A stretch of 64,000 nucleotides of DNA from Piromyces finnis finn. Its lineage: Eukaryota; Fungi; Neocallimastigomycota. Position 1 is the stretch's first letter; each line of letters starts with the position of its first letter. Positions 34,860-48,424 of this stretch are shown here, one piece after another. The notes under the pieces are model-generated. The model searched no databases, had not been told where the DNA came from, and was given only the letters and a program-made list of their open reading frames with translations. The position numbers and the translations under genes were made by a program. The stretch lies in the NCBI GenBank assembly GCA_002104945.1, contig MCFH01000008.1, positions 682,001-746,000 of the forward strand, read 5' to 3'.

Positions 34860-35210
34860 GTATGAAAAGTTAAAAGATCATCTATATATGACTCTGATGA
34901 AATTGAGTGAAATAAAAAGCTTTACTAAGAATGAAAGAATGAATAACTATATTCTTTAAACTAATGGAAATACAACTATTGATGAAAAAAAATTTTAAAA
35001 AAGAATAATGATTTCTAAACTTTTTAGTATATGTTTGATAAAATTATAAAGTTGGAATATGAAAATGCATAGCATGTAATACTTAAATTGACTACATAGG
35101 AAAAAGATATCCTGAGATAAATTTAACAAAAATAGCTACATATTTATTAATATCAAATATCACTTTATTTTCATTTACTAAATTAAGAACTCAACTGACT
35201 AAATTAAAAT
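34860..35210 (+). pseudogene. Possible degenerate hAT transposase C-terminal (dimerisation) remnant
   Basis: 35102-35209 reads KRYPEINLTKIATYLLISNITLFSFTKLRTQLTKLK, resembling YP.L..IA..LL..P...ER.FS..TKLR..L. The surrounding frames are riddled with stops. No TIRs found. Confidence 0.3.
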
Positions 35211-35339
35211 TTAAATTTTTTATCGTTATAATTAATCCATTTGAAATATTTATTTTGAATACATAGAATAAATTAAATAAGAGAGGAAAAATTGATATTT
35301 TAAAATTTAAAAGGTATAATATTAATATTATGTTATTAT

Positions 35340-35376
<37 letters not shown>

Positions 35377-35744
35377 TATATATATATATCTTTTTTATTT
35401 TAATGTTCTTATTTATTTAATATTAAAGTTATAATTTATGATACTTTTAATTCTATATTATTATAAATAATAATTTTAGATTTATTTTAATTAGAAACTA
35501 TTAAATCTACTATTTAATAAATTTTAAATACAAGTTGATTTTGATATTAACAGATATTGTAATGTAATTATTGTAATTATATATAATAGATAAAAAATAT
35601 TAAATATATAAGCAATATATTTTATGTTTAATTTATGTTGATAGCATTTAGATTTTGGTTTGCTATTGTTGTAATAATATAACAACAAACAAACAAACAA
35701 ATAAACAAGAGAGTTATTTATACTGATAAAATTGTATTTTTTTT

Positions 35745-37820
35745 TTAAAGTTCTTCTTTCTCATGAGCATATCCTCTTGCGTTACCCTTCTTTCCCATTT
35801 GAATACCTTTAACTTCTGTTTCACCAATATGTTGTTCCAAACCCTGGAATGAACGTTGAGCTAAAAATTCACCAGCAGCACTACCCATATAATTGGCAAT
35901 TTCTTTAGTGGAATTAAGAAGAGTTAATTCTTTGATTTGATTGGCAACATCTTCTTCATTATCTTGATTATCATTCATATGTATATCAACAGCATTATAA
36001 TCGTAAGGTCTACTAGCTTTTAAGGTACCAGTAAGCATAGAGAAGTGTGGTGCTTCATCTTCAAAATCTATCTCTTCTTTATTCTTGTCGGCTTCTACTT
36101 TTTGAGCTAATATATTTATTCTTTCTTTTTGTTTGATCTTTTCCTTTTCAACTAATTCACAAATACATGGAAGAATTAATCCAAATTTTGTTATGTATTC
36201 TCCTGTCCATGGTAATTCCTCTTCACAGAGACCCATCATTAATTCATATGGTGTGACAATTGGTTTAAAGAACTCCTTTGAATCTATTAAAGTATTTTCT
36301 GGACAAGCAATATATACATAGGAATCAATTTCCATAAAATTTGCCATTTTTGCGACATTTATTTTACCCATAACAAATAAATAGTACTTTTTACCACAAG
36401 CTTTAATTAATGATTTAATTTGTTCTATCATAGTTTGGTAATATTCTATATATTCAGTGATAAAGATGATATATTATATTTATTATTATAAAATAAATTT
36501 TTTATATATTAATAGTGATAATATTATAAATTTTACTAAAAATCAATTTTTGTTGTACTTATATTTTTATAATTTATATGGAATAATATTATTTACTACT
36601 TAAAAAAATTACATACCAACACCTAATGTACCAACAACAATACCAATTATACTCGAATCTTTAACTTTTTGTACCATTACATAACGTTTCATTAATGCTC
36701 CTTGAGCACGATAAGTGTCATCACGACAACGCATAGTGCATGGTTCATAGGTGATAATTGAAGAGCATTGACTATAGGTAATTAAAATATTTGTTAAGGC
36801 TGCATTTTCATCACCTCCATTATTGTATGGACTTTTTGTCGAAGTTCCACCAATGTAGAAAAGGCAGTAATCTTGTAATTTTTTATCTTTTGGTAATTCT
36901 ATAGTATCCAATTTCATAATATTAGAGTTTTCTATTGAAAGATCTTCATTTTTATAGTCTAAAGAAGAGGTTAGAATGTTGGTATATTCATATTCTTCTT
37001 TTAATTTCTTGATAATTTCTCCTATTATATATGGAATTTTATATTTTAAATTCTTAATTAATATTAATCCTGATAATGTATATTTTAATTTTAAATAATT
37101 CAATTCAATAAATAAAATAAAATAAAACAAAGTAAAAAGTATCTTCATTTATATTTTAAAAATGAATTTTGGATTTATCATTTTTGCATTATGTTATCTA
37201 AATGAAAGAAAAAAATTTAATAACTTCAAAATTACCTATTTTGTAATGATATATAACATCAAATAAAAGTATAATGTCTTTGTTTTTATCATAATTAAAT
37301 TTATTATTGAAAGCATTACAACAATGGTCAACATCTATTGGGAAATTACCAAAAACATATTTTACTGGGGTTCTTGTTGTGCTAGGTAAAAAATTTTCAA
37401 TAATGAATGTAATTTAAAATATATATATAATTGAAAATAATATATTTACATATTATTAAATATAATTCTTTATTAAATCCAATAGGATTATAAGAGTATT
37501 TTTCAAAAAAAAATTGTTTAAAATTAAATTCATACCGACTCAAACAAGAGTGACCATAATGAATAATTAAATTTGAATCAACATGCTCAGCAGCAACTTC
37601 ATCAACACAACAACTACCATATGAAGTATCAGCTAATACATATAAATGAATATCATTTTCTTGAATTTTTTCATTTATTTTTTCTTTCAACACTTTTACT
37701 ATGGTACTAGATAAGAATAAAAGTTCATCCGGAAATTGAAGTGATACCTTTTTTTTTTTTAATTTTCATATATATTTATGCATTTAGAATGACAATAAAT
37801 AGACTATTTAAGGAAAATCA

Positions 37821-37851
<31 letters not shown>

Positions 37852-38068
37852 ATTATACTTGTTAGAATGAAATTACCCTTTTATAAATATTCTTATTTTT
37901 AATAATTATATTTGCTGTATTTTCAATGTCAAAGGTTATTGATAATTGATTCAAATCTTCTTTTAATGAATATAATTGACTAATTAATTCATCATTAAGT
38001 TCAATTGTTTTTTCCAAAACATCTTTGCCATCATTAGAAAAATTTGTTGGACCATTTAAAGTAGCCAT
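35745..38068 (-). CDS. DPH2: Diphthamide biosynthesis protein 2, multi-exon
   Basis: [79 protein letters not shown] and [21 protein letters not shown]. The last motif is Dph2-specific rather than Dph1. Confidence 0.9.
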
Positions 38069-38563
38069 TTATAAATATTGAATTATATAATTTTTTAATT
38101 TTTTTTTCTTTTATTGCACCTTTGTTTAAAATTATTATTTTTTTTTTAAAATAATTTAATAAACATCAATTTATAAATTAAGAAATCTGATATTAGCCAA
38201 TCATATTACAAAACCTCGTAAATATAAATATTTTTTAAAAATTTTATTACTACATTTATTATATTTTTGAAATGAAGAAATTTGTTTTTAAATGAAAAAC
38301 AATGATATGTAAATAATTTTATTATATAATAGTTTCTGTTTAAAGATATTATTTTATTAACTATATTTATAAACTTTCTAAATGGATATAATATTAAAAA
38401 TTTTTTAAATATTTTCAATATCTAATATAGTTAAAAAAAAATATATTTAAATAATTTGATTATTGGAAATTGAAAATTAAATAGAATAGATATTAAAAAA
38501 AACAAAAAACAAAAAAACAATTTTAATGTTAACAAGTTTATTAAATTTATTTGTTTTATAAAG

Positions 38564-39227
38564 CTATACAATATTTGTAGATGATACAATTTCTGATGAT
38601 ATTAATTTTTTTTCATGTATTTGAACATTATTATTTAATATTGGTTTTTCGGAAGTTTCATTAATATTTTCAATTAATGGAAAGAAATAATAAATGATGA
38701 CACAAATAATAACACATTCTATTATCATCCAAAATAAATGAAATAATGGATACGCCTGTAAGACCTGTGCACATGTTGGCGTTAATAAGCTTTGCATAAT
38801 TGTCAAAGCTAATGGAACATTAGGTAAAGCCGTATTTAAACAAATAGCTCTGGTTTTTTGAGAATCTATGCCAAATATTTTTGATACCAATGCAGATACG
38901 CCTAGACTAAAAGAAGTTAATATTACTGAAATTAGATATATTGTCCAATTACTAATAAATATATCTGTGTAATCCTTAATAGCCACAACAAATGAAGTAA
39001 CAATTGTTACTGCACCCCATAATGGTATTCCCTTTCTTAATCTAGAAGCCCACAAAGGCTTGAAATGTTGAATAGTTAGGCCTAAACTTAGTGGTAATAA
39101 TAAGTATGCCACAATACAAAATAAAAATAAATACTGATGTTATAGAAAAATATTAAAATATGTTTAATATTATTACTATTATTACTGTTTATAATATAAC
39201 AATAGATAATGAAAATGACAAATTTAA

Positions 39228-39261
<34 letters not shown>

Positions 39262-39846
39262 TAAAATAATTTTATTTTAATTTTATACAAAAATAAAATA
39301 TTTACCGAAAATCTAAACATTTCTGTTCCCATATTAAGGGACATAAAATAAACCCACATGAAATATGGATAGAGTATAGAACCTTTAAATGTTATTTTTT
39401 GGAATATATTTATTAATAATAAATAATAAAAATATATAACTATATTACATATTTAACTTTATTTACCAATTACTGTTGATATTATACATAGACTTACAGC
39501 TAATGCTCTATCACCACCTATGTAATAGGTAAATGTTGGTGATAAAATCGATCCTGGTGTTACTGCAACAAGAAAAATACTAAAGGATTGATAACTGTTT
39601 TGTTTAAATATAACTGAAATTATGTTTCCTTATAAATAGTATATAAATGTATTAGGATATAATATATAATTTTTCTATATTATTTAATATATTTAGAATA
39701 TAATTAAGTATATAGAATTTGTTATAAAAACCTATAATTGGAACAATAACAAATTGACATATTAATCCACAAATAATTGGTATTGCAGTTTCTTTACTTG
39801 TAAATGTTTTTTTCAAAGTATCTATGATGTATTGAAAATTATCATA

Positions 39847-39909
<63 letters not shown>

Positions 39910-40636
39910 ATAGATAAATAATCAAATAATCCAGTTGTTACATTACATAATGAAAGATTTAATCCCGAAGAAAATATGAAAATAAATGTTGCAATTATGA
40001 TTATATAAATTGGAGTACTAAGAACTGAGTCCAATACATTTATATTTAATGAATTCTTAATGTATTTATCATATGAAATACTAGTACTATTTGTATAAAC
40101 TTCAAAACTTAATTTGGATTCACCTTTAGATTTTCTTTTTAGTATAATATTTCGTGATAATTCATAGTTTTCAGTTTGAATTTGATATACAGTACTATTA
40201 TCTAATATGATAGTTTGATATCCACTTGGAAAATAAGCATAATAATGACTAATGTCGAAATGTGTAAAATTATTTTCAGATATTAATGTTACATTAATAG
40301 GATAAACAGGTATTTTGCTTAGAGTAATTTTTAAGTTTATATCAATTAAATCCAACAATAGTTTAGAAGACTCTAAACAACAAGAGTGTAATGAAATATA
40401 AATATCTATTTTTTTATTAATGTAAAATTAACAATTAAACTATTTAAACGAGAGTATATATTAATTAATAGTAATTTACTAGGTTCTTGGTCATTTTGAG
40501 AATGTATGGATGATGCATATATAAAAATTATAAATGAAAAAATATATAATATTAAAGTGTCTTTATAATACAAAAATATAATTAGTAAACATATTAATAC
40601 AATGTATTATATATAATGTTACTTACAATACTTCAT
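38564..40636 (-). CDS. Second SLC10/SBF-like transporter paralog (short C-terminus); 3' end approximate
   Basis: Same exon order and motifs as 11320-15792: FIFSSGLNL, ICGLICQFVIVPI, TPGSILSPTFTYYIGGDRALAVSLC, LSLGLTIQHFKP and AICLNTALPNVPLA. Confidence 0.75.
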
Positions 40637-41407
40637 TAAAGAATTTTTTAATTACAAAAATAAGAACAAATTCTAATTTTATCTTTTTTCAATATATTTT
40701 TATTTCATAAATTGATATATATTTTATTTCGCTAAATTTTACAATAAACAAATATTAATATTGTTATAATATATTATTGAATTGATGAAATAATAACAAG
40801 ATATAATTTTCCATTTCACTAAGTATTTTATTAATTATTATCTTTTTTACTATCTTCAATATTGCATTTTAAATTAAGTATTTTTTATTTTTATTTTTTA
40901 TGTATTATGTCTATTTTGTGTTTTAGATATTATTTTAAAAAATACAATACCAATATTAACACATAAATTATAATCATATAAAATTATTTTCTATTAATAC
41001 GAATTACTTTGTAATTTTAATTTATAATTTATTTATATGAAGAAAAATGTATTTAGGAATATTTTAAATAATTTTAAAAGGTACAAAAAATATTTGTTGT
41101 ATTAATCATTATATGTACATTTTAGGATTAATTCGTAACATTATTTTATAACCAATGATCATTAAGTTCTTAAAATATAATTTATTATTATTTTTTTCTT
41201 TCTTTTTTTTTTTTTTATAAGTAAAAAGTAATAATAATTGTAAAGGTAAAGATAAAGGCAAAGATTAAATTTAAGATTGCAAATAATATAGTATATGAAA
41301 AAATAAGTAAATACAATTAATAATAAGAACAATTGTTCCCATTATTATTTTTATTAATGTAAATAATAAATAAATAAATATTAATTAACTAAATATTTCT
41401 AGAAATA

Positions 41408-43292
41408 ATGGGACAACAAACTATTGAACTTCCAATCATTGATGATTTTCATACTCATCTTCGTCAAGGAGCTATAACTAAGCTTATTGCTAAACAAGTT
41501 TCTGATGGTGGTGTTGGTTTAGCTTATGTTATGGTATTTATTTATTGAAAAAAGCACACATACACAAACACATTAATAAATGTAATTTCAATTAATAGTA
41601 AGATTATTTTTATTATTAAATTTATTTTAATAAAAGCCAAATCTTCAACCTCCAATTAAGACTACTGAAGAAGCTTTAGAATACAAAAAAATTCTCCAAT
41701 CATATAATCCAGATGTTGAATATTTAATGACTTTATATTTAACTCCAGATTTAACTCCAGAAGAAATTTACAAAGCCGCTGAAGCTGGAATCGTTGGTAA
41801 GTTTTATTATATTTTTATTATATATTAAATTAATTTATAAATTTAACTATATAAATATATTAATTTGTTATCAATTATTTTAATAATTTATCATTATTAT
41901 TACTAATATAAAAATAATTACATTTTATAAATATACTCTAGGTGTAAAATCCTATCCAAGAGGTGTAACCACTAATAGCGATAGTGGTGTTGAAAGTTAT
42001 ACCATTTATTATGATGTTTTTAGAGCTATGGAAAAAGTTAACATGGTTCTTAATATTCATGGTGAAGTTCCAAGTAGTCCAGATAGTGTAAATTATATTT
42101 GTTTTTTATTATCATTTTTCGGTTTTTTTGAATAACTTTTTTAAATGTGAAATTTAAATTTCTTACTTTTTTTTTTATTTCTTATTGTAAATATATATAT
42201 AAAATATATATCAATATATTATATAATAATTAGAATATATGTGTTATGAATGCGGAAATTGAATTTTTAAAGAATTTAGAAGAATTACACAGAGATTTCC
42301 CAAATTTAAAAATAGTTTTAGAACATGCTACTACAAAAGAGTCTATTAAATTAGTAAGTATTTAATTAATTAGAAATATTCGTATAATAGGGTGAAAAAA
42401 TACATTAATTATAATAACATTATTATTTTATAGATTAAACAAATCAATTCACCAAATGTTGCTTGCTCAATTACTGTTCACCATCTTCAATTAATTATGG
42501 ATGATTGGGCTGGTCAATGTCACAATTTCTGTAAACCAGTTGCTAAGTATCCAACTGATCGTGAAGCCCTTCGTAGTGTTATTAAGGAAGGTTAGTATCG
42601 TTAATAATAAATTCAGTAATCATATTAATTATAGTAGTATATTTTAAGAAATAGGGATATATGATGTTAATAATGAAAAACTTCTAATGAAATAAAGATA
42701 ATAGTAATGATTAAAGATTATTAATACTGATATCCATGCTTTTTGATACAATATAGTATATTAACATTAAAATATTGAAATTAATTATTATGAATTTAAT
42801 AGTAATAATTATAAATTTAAATTGTCTTCTATTTCCAATTATAATAACAATAATAATTTAAGGTCACCCACAATTTTTCCTTGGATCTGACTCAGCTCCA
42901 CACCCACGTGCAAAAAAAGAAAGTGTTAAAGCTCCAGCAGGTGTTTTCACTACACCAAATATTTTACCATATTTAGCTGATATTTTCGAAGGTTTTGGCT
43001 GTTTAGATAAATTACATGACTTCTGCTGTGTTAATGGTATACATAAATACAATTAATTTAATATTTAATATATATATATAAATAATTATATATATAATAT
43101 TTATTATATATAAATACAATAGGAAGAAAATTTTATGGTTTACCACTTAATTTAGATACACGTAAAAAAGTAACTTTAGTTAGAACTCCAAATTGTATAC
43201 CTGATGAATATCCATATGAAGATGAAAATGGTGAAAAACAAGCCGTTGTTCCATATTTAGCTAATAAAACTATTAACTGGAAGTTACAATAA
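41408..43292 (+). CDS. URA4: Dihydroorotase, stand-alone type II (URA4/PyrC-like), multi-exon
   Basis: DDFHTHLRQG, YVMPNLQPP, GVKSYPRGVTTNS, LNIHGEVP, IVLEHATT, HNFCKPVAK and FFLGSDSAPH. Confidence 0.95.
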
Positions 43293-43798
43293 ATTCATTC
43301 ATTCAGAAAAAAATTGAAGAAATCAAAAACGTAAATACAAGATACAAAATAAAAAAAAAAAAAGATCAAAGAGAAGTTATATTTATAAATATATATTAAA
43401 AAAGATATTTATTATAATATCAAATCACATTAATAATTGGACAATACTGATGCAAAAAACAATATATAAATTCACTATATTTAATGGGTAATATCATTTT
43501 GAATAAATAAAAATTAAATAATATTAAAAGAAATAGAAATAATATTAAAAGATTAAAAAATTATAATAACTATTATAAATATTATTTCAAATATATATTA
43601 TTGTATTATATATTACAAAAATGCAAATAATTCAAAATATGAATATATTAAATAAATGATTAAAGTATTAAGAGTAATAATATATAAAAACATTGAGGAA
43701 TCAAGGTATTATATTTTCCTCTTTATTAATTTACTGAATACTATAAAATATATGGTATATGTTAAAAATTATATATTTTTGGATTGTTATTTATAATA

Positions 43799-44796
43799 TT
43801 ATTGTTCATCATCCATGCTAAAGGAAAGAAGTGTTTTCTGTTTTCTAGCTTTATTATGTCTTTTACTCTTTAGCTTTTTATTGCTATCAGGATTATTTTT
43901 AACATCAATTTCATGTTTTTCTTCATTAAGCTTTCTTTTAATACCTTTTGAAGAAGAAATTAAATCATTATCTTCTTTGTGAGAAACTGGCTTTCTAAAA
44001 ATAACTTTTTTAGGTTGTAATGAATCTCTTTTTAATTCATTTCCAAATGTATATTCATTATAATCAATATCATTATTTTTATTTATTTCTTTTTTAATTG
44101 AATCTCTTCCCGTTTCTTTATAATTTTTGTCATATATTATTTTTTTCTTTTGAAATATTTTATTAAACCTTGACTCTTCAAATTCCTTTTCTTTTGAATT
44201 TTCAATTTGTATTTCTTCTGAGATTTCTTTTTTTATTTTTATTTTATTTTTAATATTGAAAATATATAAAACTATATTAACAATAATAACTTGCTATGGA
44301 ATTTATTAATTAGATTAATATTAAAATATTATAAAACATTACTTTTATTAGGATTATTAATAAGATATTGTTCCATTTCTTCTTTAGAAAAATCTTTTTC
44401 CTCGTTTAATACTACAATTTGAGGTTGTTCATCGTCAATGTCATCTTTATTTTTTTCTTTTTTTAATTTTTCAATTTCTTCTTCACTTCGGTCTATATGA
44501 GAAGGCTTTAAAAAATTCTGCAGAAATTTTGGTTTTTGATCTTATATTTATGAAAATGTAATAATTTAAACAATAAATTAGTATTACTAATAATAAAAAT
44601 ATTTCAAATTTAAAGTATTATTTAAATATAAAGAAAAAATAATAGTATAAAAAATTGTCATTTCCAATTACTTGTAATAAACTATATAATTATTAAATTA
44701 TTAAAATTTAAATAAATTTATTTTGCTAATATTAAATAATATACCAATAAAAGATAGAGATTGTCTATATTGATATGAAGATTTCTTTTCATTCAT
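43799..44796 (-). CDS. DUF4604/KIAA1143-like charged protein, 3 exons
   Basis: N-terminal LSFIEDQKPKFLQNF, EQPQIVVL and C-terminal KTLLSFSMDDEQ* fit this family pattern. Confidence 0.6.
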
Positions 44797-45058
44797 TTTT
44801 AATTATGTTAGGTATTATAAATTAAAGTGATATATAATTAAATGAATTATACACATCTATATTTTTACTTTAAGTTGATTTAAAATTGATTGGTGGAAAT
44901 AATAAAATTTGTTTATTTAGTTTAAAAAATTATAGAAAGAAAGTTTAAAATTTAATTGATAATATAAAGAATAACTTTAAAATAGAAAAAAGAGAATATA
45001 TTATAGTAAAATTATATTTAACAAAGTAATATTCATTATACAAACATATTAATAAGTA

Positions 45059-45161
45059 ATGGTTTTACCAGATATACCAGGTATATTATTAAATCCTGCA
45101 ATTGAGAGAGTGAAAATACGACATGTTGCGGATTTAATGAAAGTAAAACATAATAGGTATA

Positions 45162-45200
<39 letters not shown>

Positions 45201-46163
45201 AAAAAAACTAAATATACAATAGAAGCATTATAAATTTAAATACAATTATTAATTCTATTTTTTGATTTCAAAATAATATAATATAATTCGTTATAAAATA
45301 AAGATTTCCAGGCGCACAACCAGTTAGTTTTAGCAATGAACATTTTTCTGAGTTAGAAAATGAAAATTACTTTGTGAGTGAAAAAGCAGATGGTGTTCGT
45401 TGCTTATTGTTTGTTTGTAAAAATATTGAACAAAACAAAATGGAAGCATTTTTAGTAAGCATTATAGTTTGATAATTTAAATTTATTTAAATAAATTTTG
45501 AATTAATAATTGAAGTGTAATTTTAACCAATACTCTATGTAATTTATGCAATACTAATATGAAAGATCGATAGAAAGAATAAATATAAGTATGTTGAAAA
45601 TTTATGGTTTCCTGTACCTAATGATAACACATTTACTCATTTTCATAATGATACAATAATTGATGGCGAATTGGTTTTGGATGAACTTGAAAATGGAAAG
45701 GTATTTTAATATAATATTTCATGTTGACTATTTTATTTATATAATATAAATATTTTTAATTTAATACTCTTTAATAACAATTCTATTAAAATAAAATTAT
45801 TTTAAATTATTTTAATTTTAAATATAAATTTATAAGGAAAATTAAGATTTTTAATTTTTGATCTTGTTGTATACGATGGAGAATATTTAGCAGGAAGAGA
45901 ATATAGTAAACGTTTGGGTGTAAATATTTTAGAATTATTTTTTGTTTTATTATTAAGATTAATAAAGAAGATATTTAATTTTATTAATATTGTGAATTTA
46001 TATTTCATCGTATACAAGTATTTACAAAATTACATTTTGAGTCCATATAAAAAATACTTACAATATAATAAAGAATATGCTGAAAATGTTCCGTTTACGT
46101 TAGTATTAACTACTAATATTAATATTTATATATATTTTAGTACTAAATCCTTAACATATGTTT

Positions 46164-46198
<35 letters not shown>

Positions 46199-47223
46199 TT
46201 AAAAGAGTTGAATTGAAAAAACTTCATTTATCTTATAGAATGAATGATGTTTTTGAAGAACAAAAGTTATTAAAACATAAAAGTGATGGTTTAATATTTA
46301 CTTCTGAATCATCACCATATATATCAGGAAATTGCAACAAAATGTAAAGTATAGTTTACTTTAAAAATAATTAGAAAATGTAAGTTTAAATGATATTTAT
46401 TTTTCTTATATTATTTAAATAATTTATTATAGGCTTAAATGGAAACCAATAAAAGAAAATTCAATTGATTTTAAGGTTCATTATATTGAGGAGGAACATA
46501 AATTTACTTTAAATATTTGGGGTAATGGAAAAACTCATTTCTATTTTGCAGATTTGAATATAGATGACCCAAATATGCAAAAAGAGTAATTATTGATACT
46601 TTTGTATTGATGTATGTAAAATTTTGTTATTAAAAATTAAGTTTAATAATATTTTTTTATATTATAGATGGGAAGAAAACCCACCAGAAGGAAAAATTAT
46701 AGAATGTTATTTTGAAAATGAATGCTGGCATTTCATGAGATTTAGAGATGATAAAGAAAATGCGAATCATGAAACCACAGTAAAAAAAATCATAAAGAGT
46801 ATCAGAGATAATGTAGAAAGAGATGAGGTAATTTTTATTTAATATATAAAGTATTATTTTAAAATGATTCCTATATTAAAATTAATATATAAATATTATT
46901 ATTAGCTTTTACAACATACACAAATAATAAGAAATAACTGGAAACAAAGAGAAATAGATAAAAGACATGGTGTTCATCAACCACAAGCTAGAACTCAACC
47001 ACAACAGAGTAGATCACAACAATATAACCATTATTATCAAAATCAACAAACAAATAAAACCAATATAAATAATAATCGTCAAAATAATGAAATAAATAAA
47101 AATAATATTTATAGTGAAATGCTTGAAAATGAAATTAATAAAGATGAAGGAAATTCCAGGAAGAGAAATATTAATAATCCGAAAGTTGAAAATGAAAGAA
47201 ATATTAAGAAATCAAGATATTAA
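45059..47223 (+). CDS. CEG1: mRNA capping enzyme, guanylyltransferase subunit, multi-exon
   Basis: FPGAQPVSF, motif I SEKADGVR, TIIDGELVLD, HKSDGLIFT, LKWKP and WHFMRFRDDKENAN. Confidence 0.95.
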
Positions 47224-48424
47224 TAGAAATATAAAATATTTTTTTTATTTATACTATTAATACTTATATACCCTTAACATTTATCCATTATTTCATAAAT
47301 ATAATATCAAATGTTGTAATTCAAAAGTAACAATATTTTAAATTTAAGTTAAAATAAAAAATAATTAATAATTAGAAGATGTTATAAATAAATTTTAATA
47401 TATATCAATAAATATTAAAATTTAATAATTTTAATATAAATCAATAAATATTAAATTTTAATATTTATTAATTATGATTATTTATTAAAGGTGATTGGTT
47501 TGAAATAGATTTTATTTTTATTGTTACTTTTTTTTTTTTTCATCTTTTTTTTTTTTTTTATTTTATTTTATAATTTTATTATAAAATATTTGAAATTTAA
47601 ATTTGGTAAATTAAAAATTTATATTTTTAGTTTTCTAATTATATAAACAAAAATCATAGAAATAAATAATAATAATAATATTTAAAAAAAGTAAATATAT
47701 TTAAAAATGAATAATAATTTATTATTCATTTAATATCAATTTTAATTCTTTGGAAAAGATATTTATTAGGGAAAAAATAATTAAATTTCATTGCAATTGT
47801 TTTTTTAAATTAATTTACATTTAATTATATATTCATCAAATAAATTTTTCAATTAAAAATATAAAACAAAGAAGAATTAGAAAATATTAAATATATAAGC
47901 AATTTTTCCTTTTTTAATTAATAAAATCGGTAATAATAACACAAATACTTATAGACAAATAAATTTTATTAATTCAACAATTTATATTCAAAATTTTATA
48001 ATTTTGAAAATAATAATAAAAGAAGTTCATTCCATTTGTTTGTATTGAATAAGCTAAACAATATGTAATGCAATGTATTTTTATTAAATACTCAAATAAA
48101 TTTATCAATTACTATTTGAAAAATATTATATATGAGATATTAATATATATTCCAAAATATATAGTTACGAAGAATATATTTACTTATTATATAAATTAAA
48201 CCACTATATATACTTTTTTTTATTAATATTTCAATTCAGCAATTTTATTTTATATATGAAATCAAAATTATTTATTATTATATTTATTATTATTTTTTTA
48301 AAAATCATTAAATGAAATTATTTTTTTCTAGAAAGATTATTATGCTATATTATTAATATAAATTATTAACAAAATATTTTGGTATATTAATTACTTAATC
48401 AAACAATTAATTTAGGAATATAAA

